Source of the DNA: an uncultured virus (IMG/VR IMGVR_UViG_3300042892_001971)
Taxonomy: Duplodnaviria; Heunggongvirae; Uroviricota; Caudoviricetes
Length of the DNA stretch: 64,000 bases
Direction: 5' to 3' (one strand)
Virus record (IMG/VR): IMGVR_UViG_3300042892_001971
The notes under the pieces were generated by a model. It ran no database searches. It had not been told where the DNA came from and was given only the letters and a program-made list of their open reading frames with translations. Shown here one piece after another: positions 45,801 to 57,900 of this stretch. Both the position numbers and the translations under genes were made by a program. Numbering within the stretch: the first letter of the stretch is position 1; each line of letters starts with the position of its first letter.

Positions 45801-46073
45801 TTATGCGTTTTCCAAAGCGGTTATACGAGCGGTTAGTTGGGTGATGAGTGCTTGTTGTTGTTCTAGTAAAGTTTGTAAACTAGAGACTTGGGGGTCAGTC
45901 TGATATACAGGGACGGGTGCTTCTAAAAAAGCAAGGTGATGGGCTACCAATTCGGGAATTTCAGTTTCACTGTTTGCACAAAAAACATTAAAGTTAATTT
46001 TTTCCCCCAAATGTTCCATTGAAATATTATATCCAAATGATTGGTCTTGAATCTTGTTGACAGTATATTCCAT
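45801..46073 (-). CDS. Putative tail-fibre chaperone with a coiled-coil C-terminus
   Basis: 90 aa directly after a fibre gene; ends EQQQALITQLTARITALENA. Confidence 0.55.
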   Translation of the reverse strand: MEYTVNKIQDQSFGYNISMEHLGEKINFNVFCANSETEIPELVAHHLAFLEAPVPVYQTDPQVSSLQTLLEQQQALITQLTARITALENA

Positions 46074-46081
46074 TTTTTTCC

Positions 46082-48040
46082 TTAAGCTGTATCCCTTGTT
46101 CGGACAAAGAAGAACCCAAATGTAGCAGTTCCACCATAATTATTAGTCCAAGTATACCCACCAATACCACTGTTATAAGCAAAAGATCCAGCTTGAGCAA
46201 TGACGTTTGAAACTACAGTTACTGCTCCGCCACCGCAAAGGTACAATGTTATAGCTCCATTAAACCAATTATTCACTACTAGCATTCCTGACGCACTAGG
46301 AAAATCAACTGTGCCGCCGTTAGCAATACTGGTAGCTCCTCCAGTTACGTCAACTGTGTATTTACCAGGTGTTTGAGTAATTTTAAAGTTACCGTCATAA
46401 GTAAGGCGCATCCGCTCACCCCAGCCGCCGTTGTAGGTTTGGAAAGCAATATTGCCAGAAGCAGTTCTTGAGCCAATAACTCCTGTATTTTGGTTGGTCA
46501 TTGAACCCAACCACAAGCCTGCCCCATTGCCTGAATCATCTTCAATTAGAGCAAAACCAAGTTTGGTGTTTGCGGTTCCTGCGCCTGTGCCAGATGCAAT
46601 AACTTGAAGTTTCCCATCAGGAGCAGAACCCCCTGTTCTCCCAACTTGAAGCACCCCGTCGGAGCTGATTCGCATATTTTCGGTAAATCCACCTACCCCG
46701 GTTATTGCTGACCATGCGCCGAATGTAAGCGCAGTGCCAGATTTAACGCCTACTGCTGAGTTTGCGCTTGAATGACCGCTCCATACGCCAACAAATTTTG
46801 AGTTATCAGAGTTGCTGGCAAAAATGTTTGTACCAGTGCTTGTACTTGCTGATTGAATTAAAAACGCATATGACGCATCACTAAATTTACCAGTAGAAGG
46901 TGATGTAGTCCCAACACCCAAGTTACCGCCTTCATCAAGGTACATCATGGTTTGAGCATTTTGTCTTTCATAAAATCCAAGACCACCTGCTGACGCAGAA
47001 TCAGCATAAATTTCCCAAGTGCCAGAGCCAGTTGTTGTTGAGCTAAGTCTTAATGCGGGTTTAAGTCCAGAAATCATCAAACCACCAGAGCCAGCGGTAA
47101 ATGATGGCGAACTCGTCCCAATACCCAAATTTGTACCATCAAAAACCAGCGCAGTACCACTTGTTGCTACCTTGGAGTCATTGAGATATACCACACCATT
47201 GGCTGTGCCATAAGACAAAGTTTGATTAGATGTGAAAGTGGCATTGTTTGCACTGATGTTGCCGGCTGCTGATATCAACCCACCTGTTAAGATATTGCCG
47301 CCGGTTACGTTGCCAGTTACGCTGGCTGCACCACTTACGTTGGCACCATTGCTAACTACCCAGATGTTGCCGGTGCTGTTGTAGGTGATACTTGCATACT
47401 GTGCGCCAGCTGGGCCAACTTCAATACCACCTCCATTAGCAGCGGCGGCAGTGGCTGCATTGTTGGCCATGTTAATGGTCAAGTCATTTGTGGTAACGTT
47501 GTTGGAGTTGATATATGTTACATTACCAGTAACACTCAAATTACCTTGAATGAAAACTGCGCCACTTGATCCTGCAGAAGCAGGATCAATTGTGATTATA
47601 CTATCAGTTGAGCTGATTGTGTTGCCGGTTAACGACAATGTACCAGCTGTTAATCCAGTAGTTGCAATTACGTTACCGCCAGCAATATTACCGGTTGCGG
47701 AGATCAATCCACCTGTTAGGATATTGCCACTGGTTGTGTTGGCTGTAACAGTTAAACTGCCTAATGTGCCAACACTTGTGATGTTTGTTTGTGCGGCTGT
47801 GGTCAATGTGCCCACAATGTTGGTACCTGACAAGTTGCCACCCAATACATTGCCAGTGGCACTAATCACGCCAGTGGCCAATACATTGCCACTGTTCACA
47901 TTGTCACTCACGTTGATACTCACAAACGTATTGCTGACAGATGTGCTCACCGTCCATGCTGTGGCCGCACTGCTGTAAGTATAAGTTATACCATTAATGT
48001 TGGCTTGCTGACCATTAGTTGGTGATGTTGGAAATGCCAT
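46082..48040 (-). CDS. Tail fibre / receptor-binding protein
   Basis: MAFPTSPTNGQ N-terminus, GNxxGGN repeats, GNLGVGTTSP and ERMR/ENMR fibre motifs. Confidence 0.8.
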   Translation of the reverse strand: MAFPTSPTNGQQANINGITYTYSSAATAWTVSTSVSNTFVSINVSDNVNSGNVLATGVISATGNVLGGNLSGTNIVGTLTTAAQTNITSVGTLGSLTVTANTTSGNILTGGLISATGNIAGGNVIATTGLTAGTLSLTGNTISSTDSIITIDPASAGSSGAVFIQGNLSVTGNVTYINSNNVTTNDLTINMANNAATAAAANGGGIEVGPAGAQYASITYNSTGNIWVVSNGANVSGAASVTGNVTGGNILTGGLISAAGNISANNATFTSNQTLSYGTANGVVYLNDSKVATSGTALVFDGTNLGIGTSSPSFTAGSGGLMISGLKPALRLSSTTTGSGTWEIYADSASAGGLGFYERQNAQTMMYLDEGGNLGVGTTSPSTGKFSDASYAFLIQSASTSTGTNIFASNSDNSKFVGVWSGHSSANSAVGVKSGTALTFGAWSAITGVGGFTENMRISSDGVLQVGRTGGSAPDGKLQVIASGTGAGTANTKLGFALIEDDSGNGAGLWLGSMTNQNTGVIGSRTASGNIAFQTYNGGWGERMRLTYDGNFKITQTPGKYTVDVTGGATSIANGGTVDFPSASGMLVVNNWFNGAITLYLCGGGAVTVVSNVIAQAGSFAYNSGIGGYTWTNNYGGTATFGFFFVRTRDTA

Positions 48041-51000
48041 TATAATCTTCCTACTGCAATTTCAATTGTGCCAGATGCGCCAACAAAGTCTTCAACTGCT
48101 TTGCCAATCACTGTGCCCATGGCCGGTGTGGCACATGCCTGTGCATGACCATTACCTGCTGACACCATCATATCGCCTTTGCGTACAGGTCCGATCACCA
48201 GGGTTGGAACTCGGCCAGACAGTGCCACGGCTGCTGTGTGCGTGGATTCCAAAGTGGAATTCATCAAGTGAGCCGGATTTGTAGATACCACACCGGCTAT
48301 TCTATTACTTCCGGATTCCACACTCAATGTTATTTCGCATGTGCCACCAAAATCTACCACTGTGCCTGGTGGATATTCGGCATCAGCGGAATACAATTCT
48401 GCCAAGTCAGCATATTTGGCTGTAGTTGATACACCACTAAAAGTAGCAGCATAAACAATACTACTATCTGAATCTAAGAAAATTCTTGAGACTCCAGCCG
48501 AAGCAACATACATTCCCCAACGATTTACTGGTACACCTGAACTACCGCCAACGTTGGCAGTTTGTCCTGAATATCCATAGCCTATGCCGTACATGTTATT
48601 GAGACTGGTGGCTAAAGGAACATAAGAGCCGCCAATAGAATAAATTGCTCCTGATGTACTAATTGTCTCAATGGAATTATAATTTCCATTGAGATATCCC
48701 GTTCCGGCTGCGGTACGAGTAATAGCCCCGCCTACACTGGTAACACCAGAAATTGTCACACTACTCAATGTACCAACTGATGTAATATTTGGTTGGGCTG
48801 CTGTGGTTACTGTACTAGCTGTGGTTGAGCTGCCTGCACTCGTTGCATAAGTTGCATTGGCCACAGTGCCTGACACATTGGCGCCTGGTATTGACGTTAA
48901 TCCAGCACCTGATCCATTGAATTGACTACCAGTTACTGTGCCAGTTGCCGAAATCAATCCGGCTGTTCGTAAGTTACCACCAGTTATATTGCCGGTAGCT
49001 GATATAATACCACCAGTTAAGATGTTACCACCAGTTATGTTGGCTGTTACAGTAACGGTATTGGCAGAAATTACATTGGCACCAGTTAAGTTACCACCCG
49101 ATCCTGCTCCTGTAATAATATTGCCGCCAGTGATGTTGCCACTAGCAGAAATCAATCCATTGACAAATACATTTGCATTTGAATAAACATTACCACTGCC
49201 ATTGGGTGTGAAATTGATGTTGGCATTTGCCGCAGAAGTTTGTAGATCTAAATTGCCTGTGTTGTCAACGATGCCGCCACTGAGAACAAGATTGCCACCG
49301 GTTATGTTACCAGTTGCAGATATCAATCCGCCGGTTAAGATGTTGCCGCCAGTTATGTTAGCTGTAACTGATACAGTTGTGCCAGTATGTGTTGTGGCAT
49401 TGACATTTGCACCACCCAAGATGTTACCGCCAGTGATGTTGCCAGTTGCAGATATCACACCACCTGTGAGTAAATTACCGCTAGTGGTATTGGCGGTGAC
49501 TGTTAATGAACCTAATGTACCAAGTGCGGTAATGTTTGTTTGTGAGGCTGTGGTCAGTGTACCCACAATGCTAGTGCCTGATAAATTACCACCTGTGATG
49601 TTGCCAGTAGAACTTATTAGTCCACCTGTTAGGACGTTACCACCTGTTACGTTACCTGTTACTAATAAACTACCCAATGTACCAACCGAAGTCACTTGTG
49701 TTTGACTTGCATTTACACTAAACGTGGTGCCAGTAAGTGTAAGGCCAGTCCCAGCACTATATGTGCCAGATCCTGAAAACTGTGTAAATGTTATGTTATT
49801 GCCAGCGAATCCAATATTTGATACAGTAGAAGTTTGAATCCATCCGGTGTTGCCGTATGTGGCACCATTGGTAACAAACATAAAGTCGCCAGCTTCAACT
49901 TCGGGCACAGTGTTGTAATCACTTGCACGAGTAATTGCTGTGGCATTGCTCCAAACATACACACCATTGGTCACTGCATTGGCTTCATTCAGCACTAGAA
50001 TTCTAGTGCCTGCTGTTTGCACATTCACTGTGTCAATCAAGTTGAATGTGCCGGTTGTGCTCAGTGTAGCACCAACGCCATTGGATCCTGGACCATTGTA
50101 ATAGGTAATTGTTCCGCTAGTGATAGTGGCCAGCGTGGTTGGAGTAGCAGCCGTTACAGCATCATGTACATTAAGTCCGGTAACAAAATTATCAACATAC
50201 AGTTTGTTTACAGCATCACCATCAGCTACCGGAGTAGGTACGTTGTTGATGTATTCGTTGTTGACATTGATGTTACCAGTTGCGCTGAGTGTTAGATCAC
50301 CAGTAGATACTAGTGTTAATCCGGTGCCAACCACTTGGTTGGTGTTGACATTGCCACCTGTGATATTGCCTGTGGCATTAATCAACCCACCAGTTAGTAA
50401 ATTACCACCTGTTACGTTTGCCGTTACTGATACAGTAGTACCTGTATGTGTAGTAGCATTAACATTGGCTCCACCCAATACGTTACCACCAGTGATATTA
50501 CCAGTTGCGGATATCACACCACCAGCTAAAATATTGTCGCCGGTAATGTTGCCCGATACGCTGACTGTGTTGCCAGTAATAGACGGTGTGGCACCTTGTA
50601 AAACAGTATTTCCACCTGCAGGATTGGTAATAGTTACAGCCGTGGCATTAGCACTAATCTGAGCATTTCCCAAATATATTGTGCTGTTACTCAGCCACAA
50701 GTCTTTCCAACGCTGTGTTGATGTTCCCAAATCATATGTGACGTTGGCGCTGGGCAACACATTGCCTTTTATAGTCACTGCATCAGTGCTGACCACAGCT
50801 ACGTTTGAAGTTCCGCCTACGCCTACAGAAATATTGCCGCCTGAACTCACAACAGTGACGTTTGATGTGCCGTTGTTGATGTTTGATACTGATGTGATCA
50901 CACCAGTCAACAATGCACCATTACCAAAAATGTAATTACCAGTAATATTACCAGTGGCCGATACCAGACCCGCAGTTAGTAAATTACCACTTGATGTATT

Positions 51001-51906
51001 TCCACTAACAGTTAAACTGGCAAATGTAGTAGGAGGACTTTGATCAACCCAAGCGTTGCCAGTTCCGTCATTGACATAGAGATATAATTTATCTGCGTAA
51101 GAGTCGTACCAGTTGTCACCGGGTACTGCACCAGATGGTGCTGTGTTTGCTACTGTGGTCCATTTGTAAACTCGGACACCACTAGAAATAACATTACCAC
51201 CAGTTATGTTGCCGCTTGCACTCAATTCACCTGTGATGTATCCACCAGTTGTGGAAAAAACAGCAACGTTTCCTGTGCCACCCACGCCAACTGTGACATT
51301 GCCCCCTGAACTAACAACTGTGACATTTGACGTGCCATTGTTTATATTTGACACTGATGTGATAACACCAGTTAGCAATGCGCCATTGCCAAAAATGTAA
51401 CTGCCGGTTACATTCCCGCTTGCACTGACATAGCCACCTGAAAATAAATTACCTACTGATGCTTCGCCTGTGCTGAGAAACCCACTGTTGACATTACCAG
51501 TGGTGCTGACAGTGGCAGCGTATACCGTGCCGGTTCCTGATACTACGCCAGTACCAAACAAAACATTGTTAGCAGTTATATTGCCAGTGGTCGTGACTGG
51601 GCCAGTTAGGCTGACCAAATTGCCAGTGTAGGTTGGCAAGTAGTTGGCTACATCAGTATTGCTATAACTAACTGGCAGGCCAGTTAAGAATGCGCCGTTG
51701 CCAATAAAGTAGTTGGCAGTTGCAATATTACCAGCGATGCTGAATGCCTGCACAACGTTTAGCACGTTGGCAGATATTACATTGGCCTGAATTATGTTGG
51801 CAATGCTTAGAACACGAGTCCAGCTGGTATTAGCAGACGCATATTCGTATGCTACATTGTTTACAACGGCAATTTGCCCGTTAGTCGGCGACGTAGGAAA
51901 GCTCAT
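48040..51906 (-). CDS. Tail fibre with C-terminal autocleaving intramolecular chaperone (Peptidase G2/IMC-like)
   Basis: MSFPTSPTNGQ, G/N/T repeats, DAVNKLYVD and C-terminal YADLAELY...PGTVV...GVVSTNPA...ALSGRVP. Confidence 0.8.
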   Translation of the reverse strand: MSFPTSPTNGQIAVVNNVAYEYASANTSWTRVLSIANIIQANVISANVLNVVQAFSIAGNIATANYFIGNGAFLTGLPVSYSNTDVANYLPTYTGNLVSLTGPVTTTGNITANNVLFGTGVVSGTGTVYAATVSTTGNVNSGFLSTGEASVGNLFSGGYVSASGNVTGSYIFGNGALLTGVITSVSNINNGTSNVTVVSSGGNVTVGVGGTGNVAVFSTTGGYITGELSASGNITGGNVISSGVRVYKWTTVANTAPSGAVPGDNWYDSYADKLYLYVNDGTGNAWVDQSPPTTFASLTVSGNTSSGNLLTAGLVSATGNITGNYIFGNGALLTGVITSVSNINNGTSNVTVVSSGGNISVGVGGTSNVAVVSTDAVTIKGNVLPSANVTYDLGTSTQRWKDLWLSNSTIYLGNAQISANATAVTITNPAGGNTVLQGATPSITGNTVSVSGNITGDNILAGGVISATGNITGGNVLGGANVNATTHTGTTVSVTANVTGGNLLTGGLINATGNITGGNVNTNQVVGTGLTLVSTGDLTLSATGNINVNNEYINNVPTPVADGDAVNKLYVDNFVTGLNVHDAVTAATPTTLATITSGTITYYNGPGSNGVGATLSTTGTFNLIDTVNVQTAGTRILVLNEANAVTNGVYVWSNATAITRASDYNTVPEVEAGDFMFVTNGATYGNTGWIQTSTVSNIGFAGNNITFTQFSGSGTYSAGTGLTLTGTTFSVNASQTQVTSVGTLGSLLVTGNVTGGNVLTGGLISSTGNITGGNLSGTSIVGTLTTASQTNITALGTLGSLTVTANTTSGNLLTGGVISATGNITGGNILGGANVNATTHTGTTVSVTANITGGNILTGGLISATGNITGGNLVLSGGIVDNTGNLDLQTSAANANINFTPNGSGNVYSNANVFVNGLISASGNITGGNIITGAGSGGNLTGANVISANTVTVTANITGGNILTGGIISATGNITGGNLRTAGLISATGTVTGSQFNGSGAGLTSIPGANVSGTVANATYATSAGSSTTASTVTTAAQPNITSVGTLSSVTISGVTSVGGAITRTAAGTGYLNGNYNSIETISTSGAIYSIGGSYVPLATSLNNMYGIGYGYSGQTANVGGSSGVPVNRWGMYVASAGVSRIFLDSDSSIVYAATFSGVSTTAKYADLAELYSADAEYPPGTVVDFGGTCEITLSVESGSNRIAGVVSTNPAHLMNSTLESTHTAAVALSGRVPTLVIGPVRKGDMMVSAGNGHAQACATPAMGTVIGKAVEDFVGASGTIEIAVGRL

Positions 51907-51915
51907 TTAGCATCC

Positions 51916-54900
51916 TTATTGTTTGCCGATCACGACTTCAATTGTGCCCTCGCCGCCTGTAAAGTTTTCCAATGATTTACCAAGTATAGTACCCACAACT
52001 GGAACTGCATCCATGCATGCTCTTGCCCGTCCATTTCCATTTGATACCATTAAATCTCCTTTAGCGACTGGTCCTTCAACTTTTACAGGTACTCGACCAG
52101 TCAGTGCCACAGCAGCAATATACATGCCGCCGAGCCCTGCGTTCATCAAATACGCTGGGTTAGTTGATACCACTCCAGCAACTCGTTTGCTGGAATCTGT
52201 GGTACTTATTGTAACTTCCTCATCGCCTCCAAATTCAAGTACAGTACCTGGTTCGTATGCAGCATCTGCGCGATAGTTTTCTGCCAAGTCAGCATATTGT
52301 GCTGATGTGGCTTTGGCAAATACTGTGTTAAAATACACACTTGAGCTACCAATATTACCAATGCCGTTACCGTTAGCGTTTACAATGTTGCCGCCAGTGA
52401 TTGTGCCAGTTGACACAGTCAAACTAGATCCTGTAATTGCAGCACCTGTGATTGCACCAGTTGCACTAATCAATCCACCTGTTCTCAAGTTACCAGCATC
52501 AACGTTACCAGTTACTGAAACTGTGGCACCTGTGTGTGTGGTAGCGTTAACGTTAGCACCACCTAGGATATTACCACCAGTAATGTTGCCAGCAGCAGAG
52601 ATCAATCCACCTGTAAGTATATTTCCACCTGTGACGTTGCCAACAGCACTAATACCAAGACTGCTTACCCAAACGTTGCTTGTACTGTTATAAAGCCAAG
52701 TAATAAACGCACCACCAATTGGACCAACTTCGATACCACCACCATTGGCTGCGGCGCTGTTGATTGCATTGTTGGCATAGTTGACTGTTAAGTCGTTTGT
52801 GCTGACCACATTGGAGTTAATGGTAGTTGTTGTACCATTAACTTGCAAGTTACCGTTGATGATCACATGGCCTGTGTTGCCTATGTTGTACGGATCAATA
52901 GTAATTGTGTCACCTAAACTGCTGATCAAATCACCAGTAATAGTGATATTGCCTGTTCGAATATTACCACCAGTTACATTACCAGTTGCTGAAATTAATC
53001 CACCAGTTAGGATATTGCCACCTGTTGCATTGCCTGTAACTGTCAAACTGCCCAATGTACCAACTGCGGTAATATTTGTTTGGCTTGCTGTGGTCAGTGT
53101 ACCTACAATATTAGTACCCGACAAGTTGCCACCGGTTACATTACCAGTTGCAGATATCAACCCGCCTGTTAAGATGTTACCACCTGTGATATTGCCTGTA
53201 GCACTCACTGTTGCACCAGTTATACCTGCAGTAGCACCAGCTAATACAGTTTCACCACCAGCTGGGTTTGTCAAAATTAGTGCTGTTGCGTTGGCACTCA
53301 ATTGAGCATTACCAATGTAGATTGTGCTATTGGCCAGCCACAAATCATTCCAACGTTGTGTAGAACTACCCAAGTTGTATGTGATGTTGGCACTAGGCAA
53401 TATATTGCCTTTCATGGTCAATGCACCTTCACTGAACACAGCAACGTTAGAATTCCCGTTGATGGTTATGTTGGCATTGCCATTGGCAGTTTGAATGTCA
53501 AATTGGCTCGTGCCATTTTGTACTCTATCTCCAATGATGTTGCCGCTGAGTGTGGCATTTCCTGTAACAGTCAAATTACCGTTAATGGTCACGTCAGTTG
53601 CACTAACAACCATCACATTGGATGTGCCACCAACTGACGTTACAACATTGCCACCTGAACTTACCACACGCACATTTGATGTGCCGTTTTGTATTGATGT
53701 AGCATCAATACCAGTCAGTTGACTGCCGTTACCAAAGTAATATTGAGCATACACGTTGGCAAATGTTTGACTGGCACTACCAATGTCGTATGTGGCGTTG
53801 GCATTGACCAACATGCTGCCAGAAATAGCAATGTTAGCAACCACACCAGCAGCAAACGCTGGACTTACAATGTCAACCCAATAGTTGGTTGTGCCATCAT
53901 ATGTGTATTCATACAAGATATCAGTGCTGGTATTGTACCATTGATCACCAATGCTTGGTCCTGGTGGAGGTGTTGTGGATGCGGTATAAGTGATACCAAA
54001 TGTTCTTGGTGCACCGTTGGCATAGTAGAAGTTGTCGCTAAGGAAACCACCTGCTGCCGCATTGCCAGCAGTTGACACGTTGCCAGCAGTAATGTTACCA
54101 CTTACGCTCAACAATCCAGTAATGTACTCGCCAGTTGTGGCAAATACAGCTACATTGCCAGTTCCGCCCACTCCAATTGAAACATTACCACCAGAGCTTA
54201 CAACACGAACATTTGAAGTTCCATTTTGTATTGATGTGGCATCAATGCCAGTAAGTTGGCTACCGTTACCCAGGATGTAGTTGCCGGTGACATTGCCAGT
54301 TGCTGATACTTGGCCAGCAGTTAGAATGTTGCCGCCTGTGATGTTACCTGCGGCACTTGCAGTACCACCTGTGGCCAAGTTGCCACCTGTGATTGTGGCA
54401 GCTGATGTAATTGTTGATGTGGCAGATATCAATCCACCTGTTAGAATATTGCCACCAGTTATGTTGGCTGCTGATGTAATTGTTGATGTGGCTGAGATCA
54501 ATCCACCAGTTAGGATATTGCCACCTGTAATGTTGGCAGTTGCAGAGATTAATCCACTTGTTAAGACATTACCACCTGTAATGTTGCCTGTGGCACTTGC
54601 AGTACCACCTGTGGCTAAGTTGCCACCAGTGATGTCGCCAGTTGCTGAAATCAATCCACCAGTTAGGACATTGCCGCCGGTAATGTTACCAGTTGCACTA
54701 ATCAATCCACCTGTTAGGACATTGCCACCTGTAACGTTGCCTACTGCTGTTACCACGCTGTTACTGCGTATATTTTGTGCCAGCACCCAGGTGTTTGCAT
54801 TTCCAATTTGAGTAATATTAGCACTTGAAAGTATTCCGTTGCCGTCAAGTATACCAGTTGTGAACAGGCCAAATACGCCCGGAGCAGCGGTACTTTCACC

Positions 54901-57900
54901 AATTTTAACAGTTACGCTATTAGCTATGTTTGCACCCACTTGAGTCAATACAATGCTGTCTGATTCAGCGTTACCAGCAACAAATGTTATTGTGCTATTT
55001 GCAGCGGCATTACGCACACCTGCTGCAACAATGTTACCAGTTGCGCTGACCAGGCCACCGGTTAAGATATTGCCGCCAGTAACATTGCCGCTTGCACTAA
55101 ATTCACCTGTGACATATTCACCTGTGGTTGCAAATACTGCCACGTTTGCTGTGCCGCCAATTCCAATGGCAACGTTGCCACCTGCGCTTACAACACGAAC
55201 GTTTGAGTTTCCATTTTGTATTGATGTAGCATCAATACCAGTCAGTTGACTGCCATTACCAAAGAAATAATTGCCAGTGATGTTGCCAGTTGCTGACACT
55301 TGGCCAGCAGTCAGAATGTTGCCGCCTGTAATATTGGCAGCTGATGTAATGGTTGATGTGGCAGATATCAATCCACCTGTTAGGACATTGCCACCAGTGA
55401 TGTTAGCTGTGGCACTGAGTGTGGTACTTGAAATTACGTTTGCACCAGAGATGTTGCCGCTTGCCCCACTTGTGCTAATGTTGCCAAATATACCATTGCC
55501 AGTGGCTGACACTAAACCACCAGTTAAGATGTTGCCACCTGTAATGTTGCCTGTGGCACTTGCTGTACCACCTGTGGCCAAGTTGCCACCAGTAATTGTG
55601 GCCACAGCAGAAATCAATCCGCCTGTCAATAAGTTTGCACCAGTAATATTGGCAGCTGATGTAACGGTTGATGTGGCAGATATCAATCCGCCTGTAATTA
55701 AATTGCCGCCAGTCACGTTGCCAGAAGCTGTTACTACTGAACCAATCAAACTTGAACCAGTTATGGTACCAGTTGAGCTAATCAATCCGCCGGTTAATAA
55801 GTTGCCGCCTTCAATATTGCCTGTGGTACTCAAACTGGTGCCAGTAGCCGCACCAATATTTGGTGTGGTTAAGTTTGCACTGGCCTTGACAACAATGTTG
55901 CCGTTGAGATCAAATGCAGTGCTTACATTGTCAACTTTGGCGTTGAACACTGTGCCAATGAGACTCAAACCAGCTGAGGTGTTGGCTGTGTAAACTTGGC
56001 TGGCAGCAAACTGGGTAAACTCTATATTGGTTGTACCAAATATAATTGTCCCAGTTGGGGCAGTTACAACATAACTTTCGCCTGCACCTGTATCACCAGA
56101 TTGCACAAAGAAATAATCGCCTATGTCCAATTGTGAAGTTGACTTTGGTCCATATGTATTGGTATCGGTGGAACGAGTCAACTCCCATCTGGCTGTAGCA
56201 TTACCAACCGCAGTAACAGTATAAACACCGTTTTCAAATGCACTAGTCTGTTGGTAAACCAACACACGTTGACTACTGGTTAGAGTCACACCGTCAATTT
56301 GAATAGCTGCATTTGCAGCAGCGTTGGTCAGTGTGGCACCTACACCTGAGTTAGCTCGTGAACCAATGGTCAATCCAGTACCGTTGGTCAACGTGGTTAT
56401 TTCCGTGCCATCATGACTGAGACTCAGTGTGATCTGATTGCTACCATTGGTACTGTAAACAAAATAAGCTGTACCGGCAGTAATACCATTGGTTGTACTG
56501 CTAAAAACAATTACATCATTTACCAACAGTGCTGGACTAGATCCAAATGTCAGTGTTTTGTTTCCTGAAATTGTAGTGACTGTTTGAGTGGTACCACCAT
56601 CTGCATAAGTTGCAACTAAGTTGACGGGACTTTCCACATACACTGGTGTGTGAATAGTCAGGCCAGCACTTACAGAATCATCCACATACTGTTTGGTTGC
56701 AGCATCTGTAGACTGGACAGGACTAGCTACAGAATTGATAAAAGTGGTAGCAAGAACAATGTTGCCAGTGCCATTAGGTTGCAGATAGATATTGGCATTG
56801 GCAGTAGTTGTGACTGCAATAGCAGAAGAGCCAATGATATTGCCAGTAACTACTGCTGTGGTTGCAATTAAGTTGCCACCTTGAATGTTGCCCGTAGCTG
56901 TTACTAATCCGCCAGTAGTTATGTTATTACCAGTTACATTGCCTGTGGCAGATACCAATCCTGCGGTACGCAAATTACCAGCATCAACGTTGCCTGTGGC
57001 AGTTATTAGCCCGCCTGTGCTGATGTTACCACCAATTACGTTAGCAGTGGCCACAACGTTGGCGCCTGTTAAAATGTTGCCTGTAGAACTAACTACTCCG
57101 CCTGTTAGGACATTACCACCCGACACATTGGCTGCTGAGGTAATGTTACCAGTTGCAGAAATCAATCCGCCAGTTAGAACATTTCCACCTGTTATATTTC
57201 CAGTTGCATTTGCTGTGCCACTCACTGACAAGCTGGTGAGTGTGCCAACTGTGGTCAAACTTGAGAACAATACATTTGAACTTAGAGTATTGCCAGTTAA
57301 ATTGTTTGCGTCAACACTGCTGGCTGTGACACCTGTTAGCTGTGAGCCGTTGCCAATAAAGAACGATCCTGTGTTGGCTGTGATATTGCCTACAGAACTT
57401 ACCTGTCCGGCAGTTGTTATGTTACCGCCAACTACGTTAGCAGTGGCACTGAGTGTGGTACTAGAAATTACGTTGGCACCAGAAATATTACCACCTGATC
57501 CAGTTGTGGAAATATTACCAAATGTACCATTACCAGTTGCCGAAATCAATCCGCCAGTTAGAACATTACCACCGGTGACATTGCCGCTTGCACTCAATTC
57601 ACCTGTGACATACTCGCCAGTTGTGGCAAATACAGCAACGTTTGACGTACCACCAATTCCAATGGCTACATTGCCGCCTGAACTTACCACACGCACATTA
57701 CTTGTGCCATTTTGTATTGATGTGGCATCAATGCCAGTAAGTTGGCTACCATTGCCCAGGATGTAATTGCCGGAAATGTTACCAGTTGTTGAAATATTAC
57801 CTGTACCAACTATACCCACAGTGTTTACATTACCTGTAGAACTCAATGTTGATCCAGTGATTGTTGTGCCGGTAATTGCACCACCTGCTGAAATCAATCC

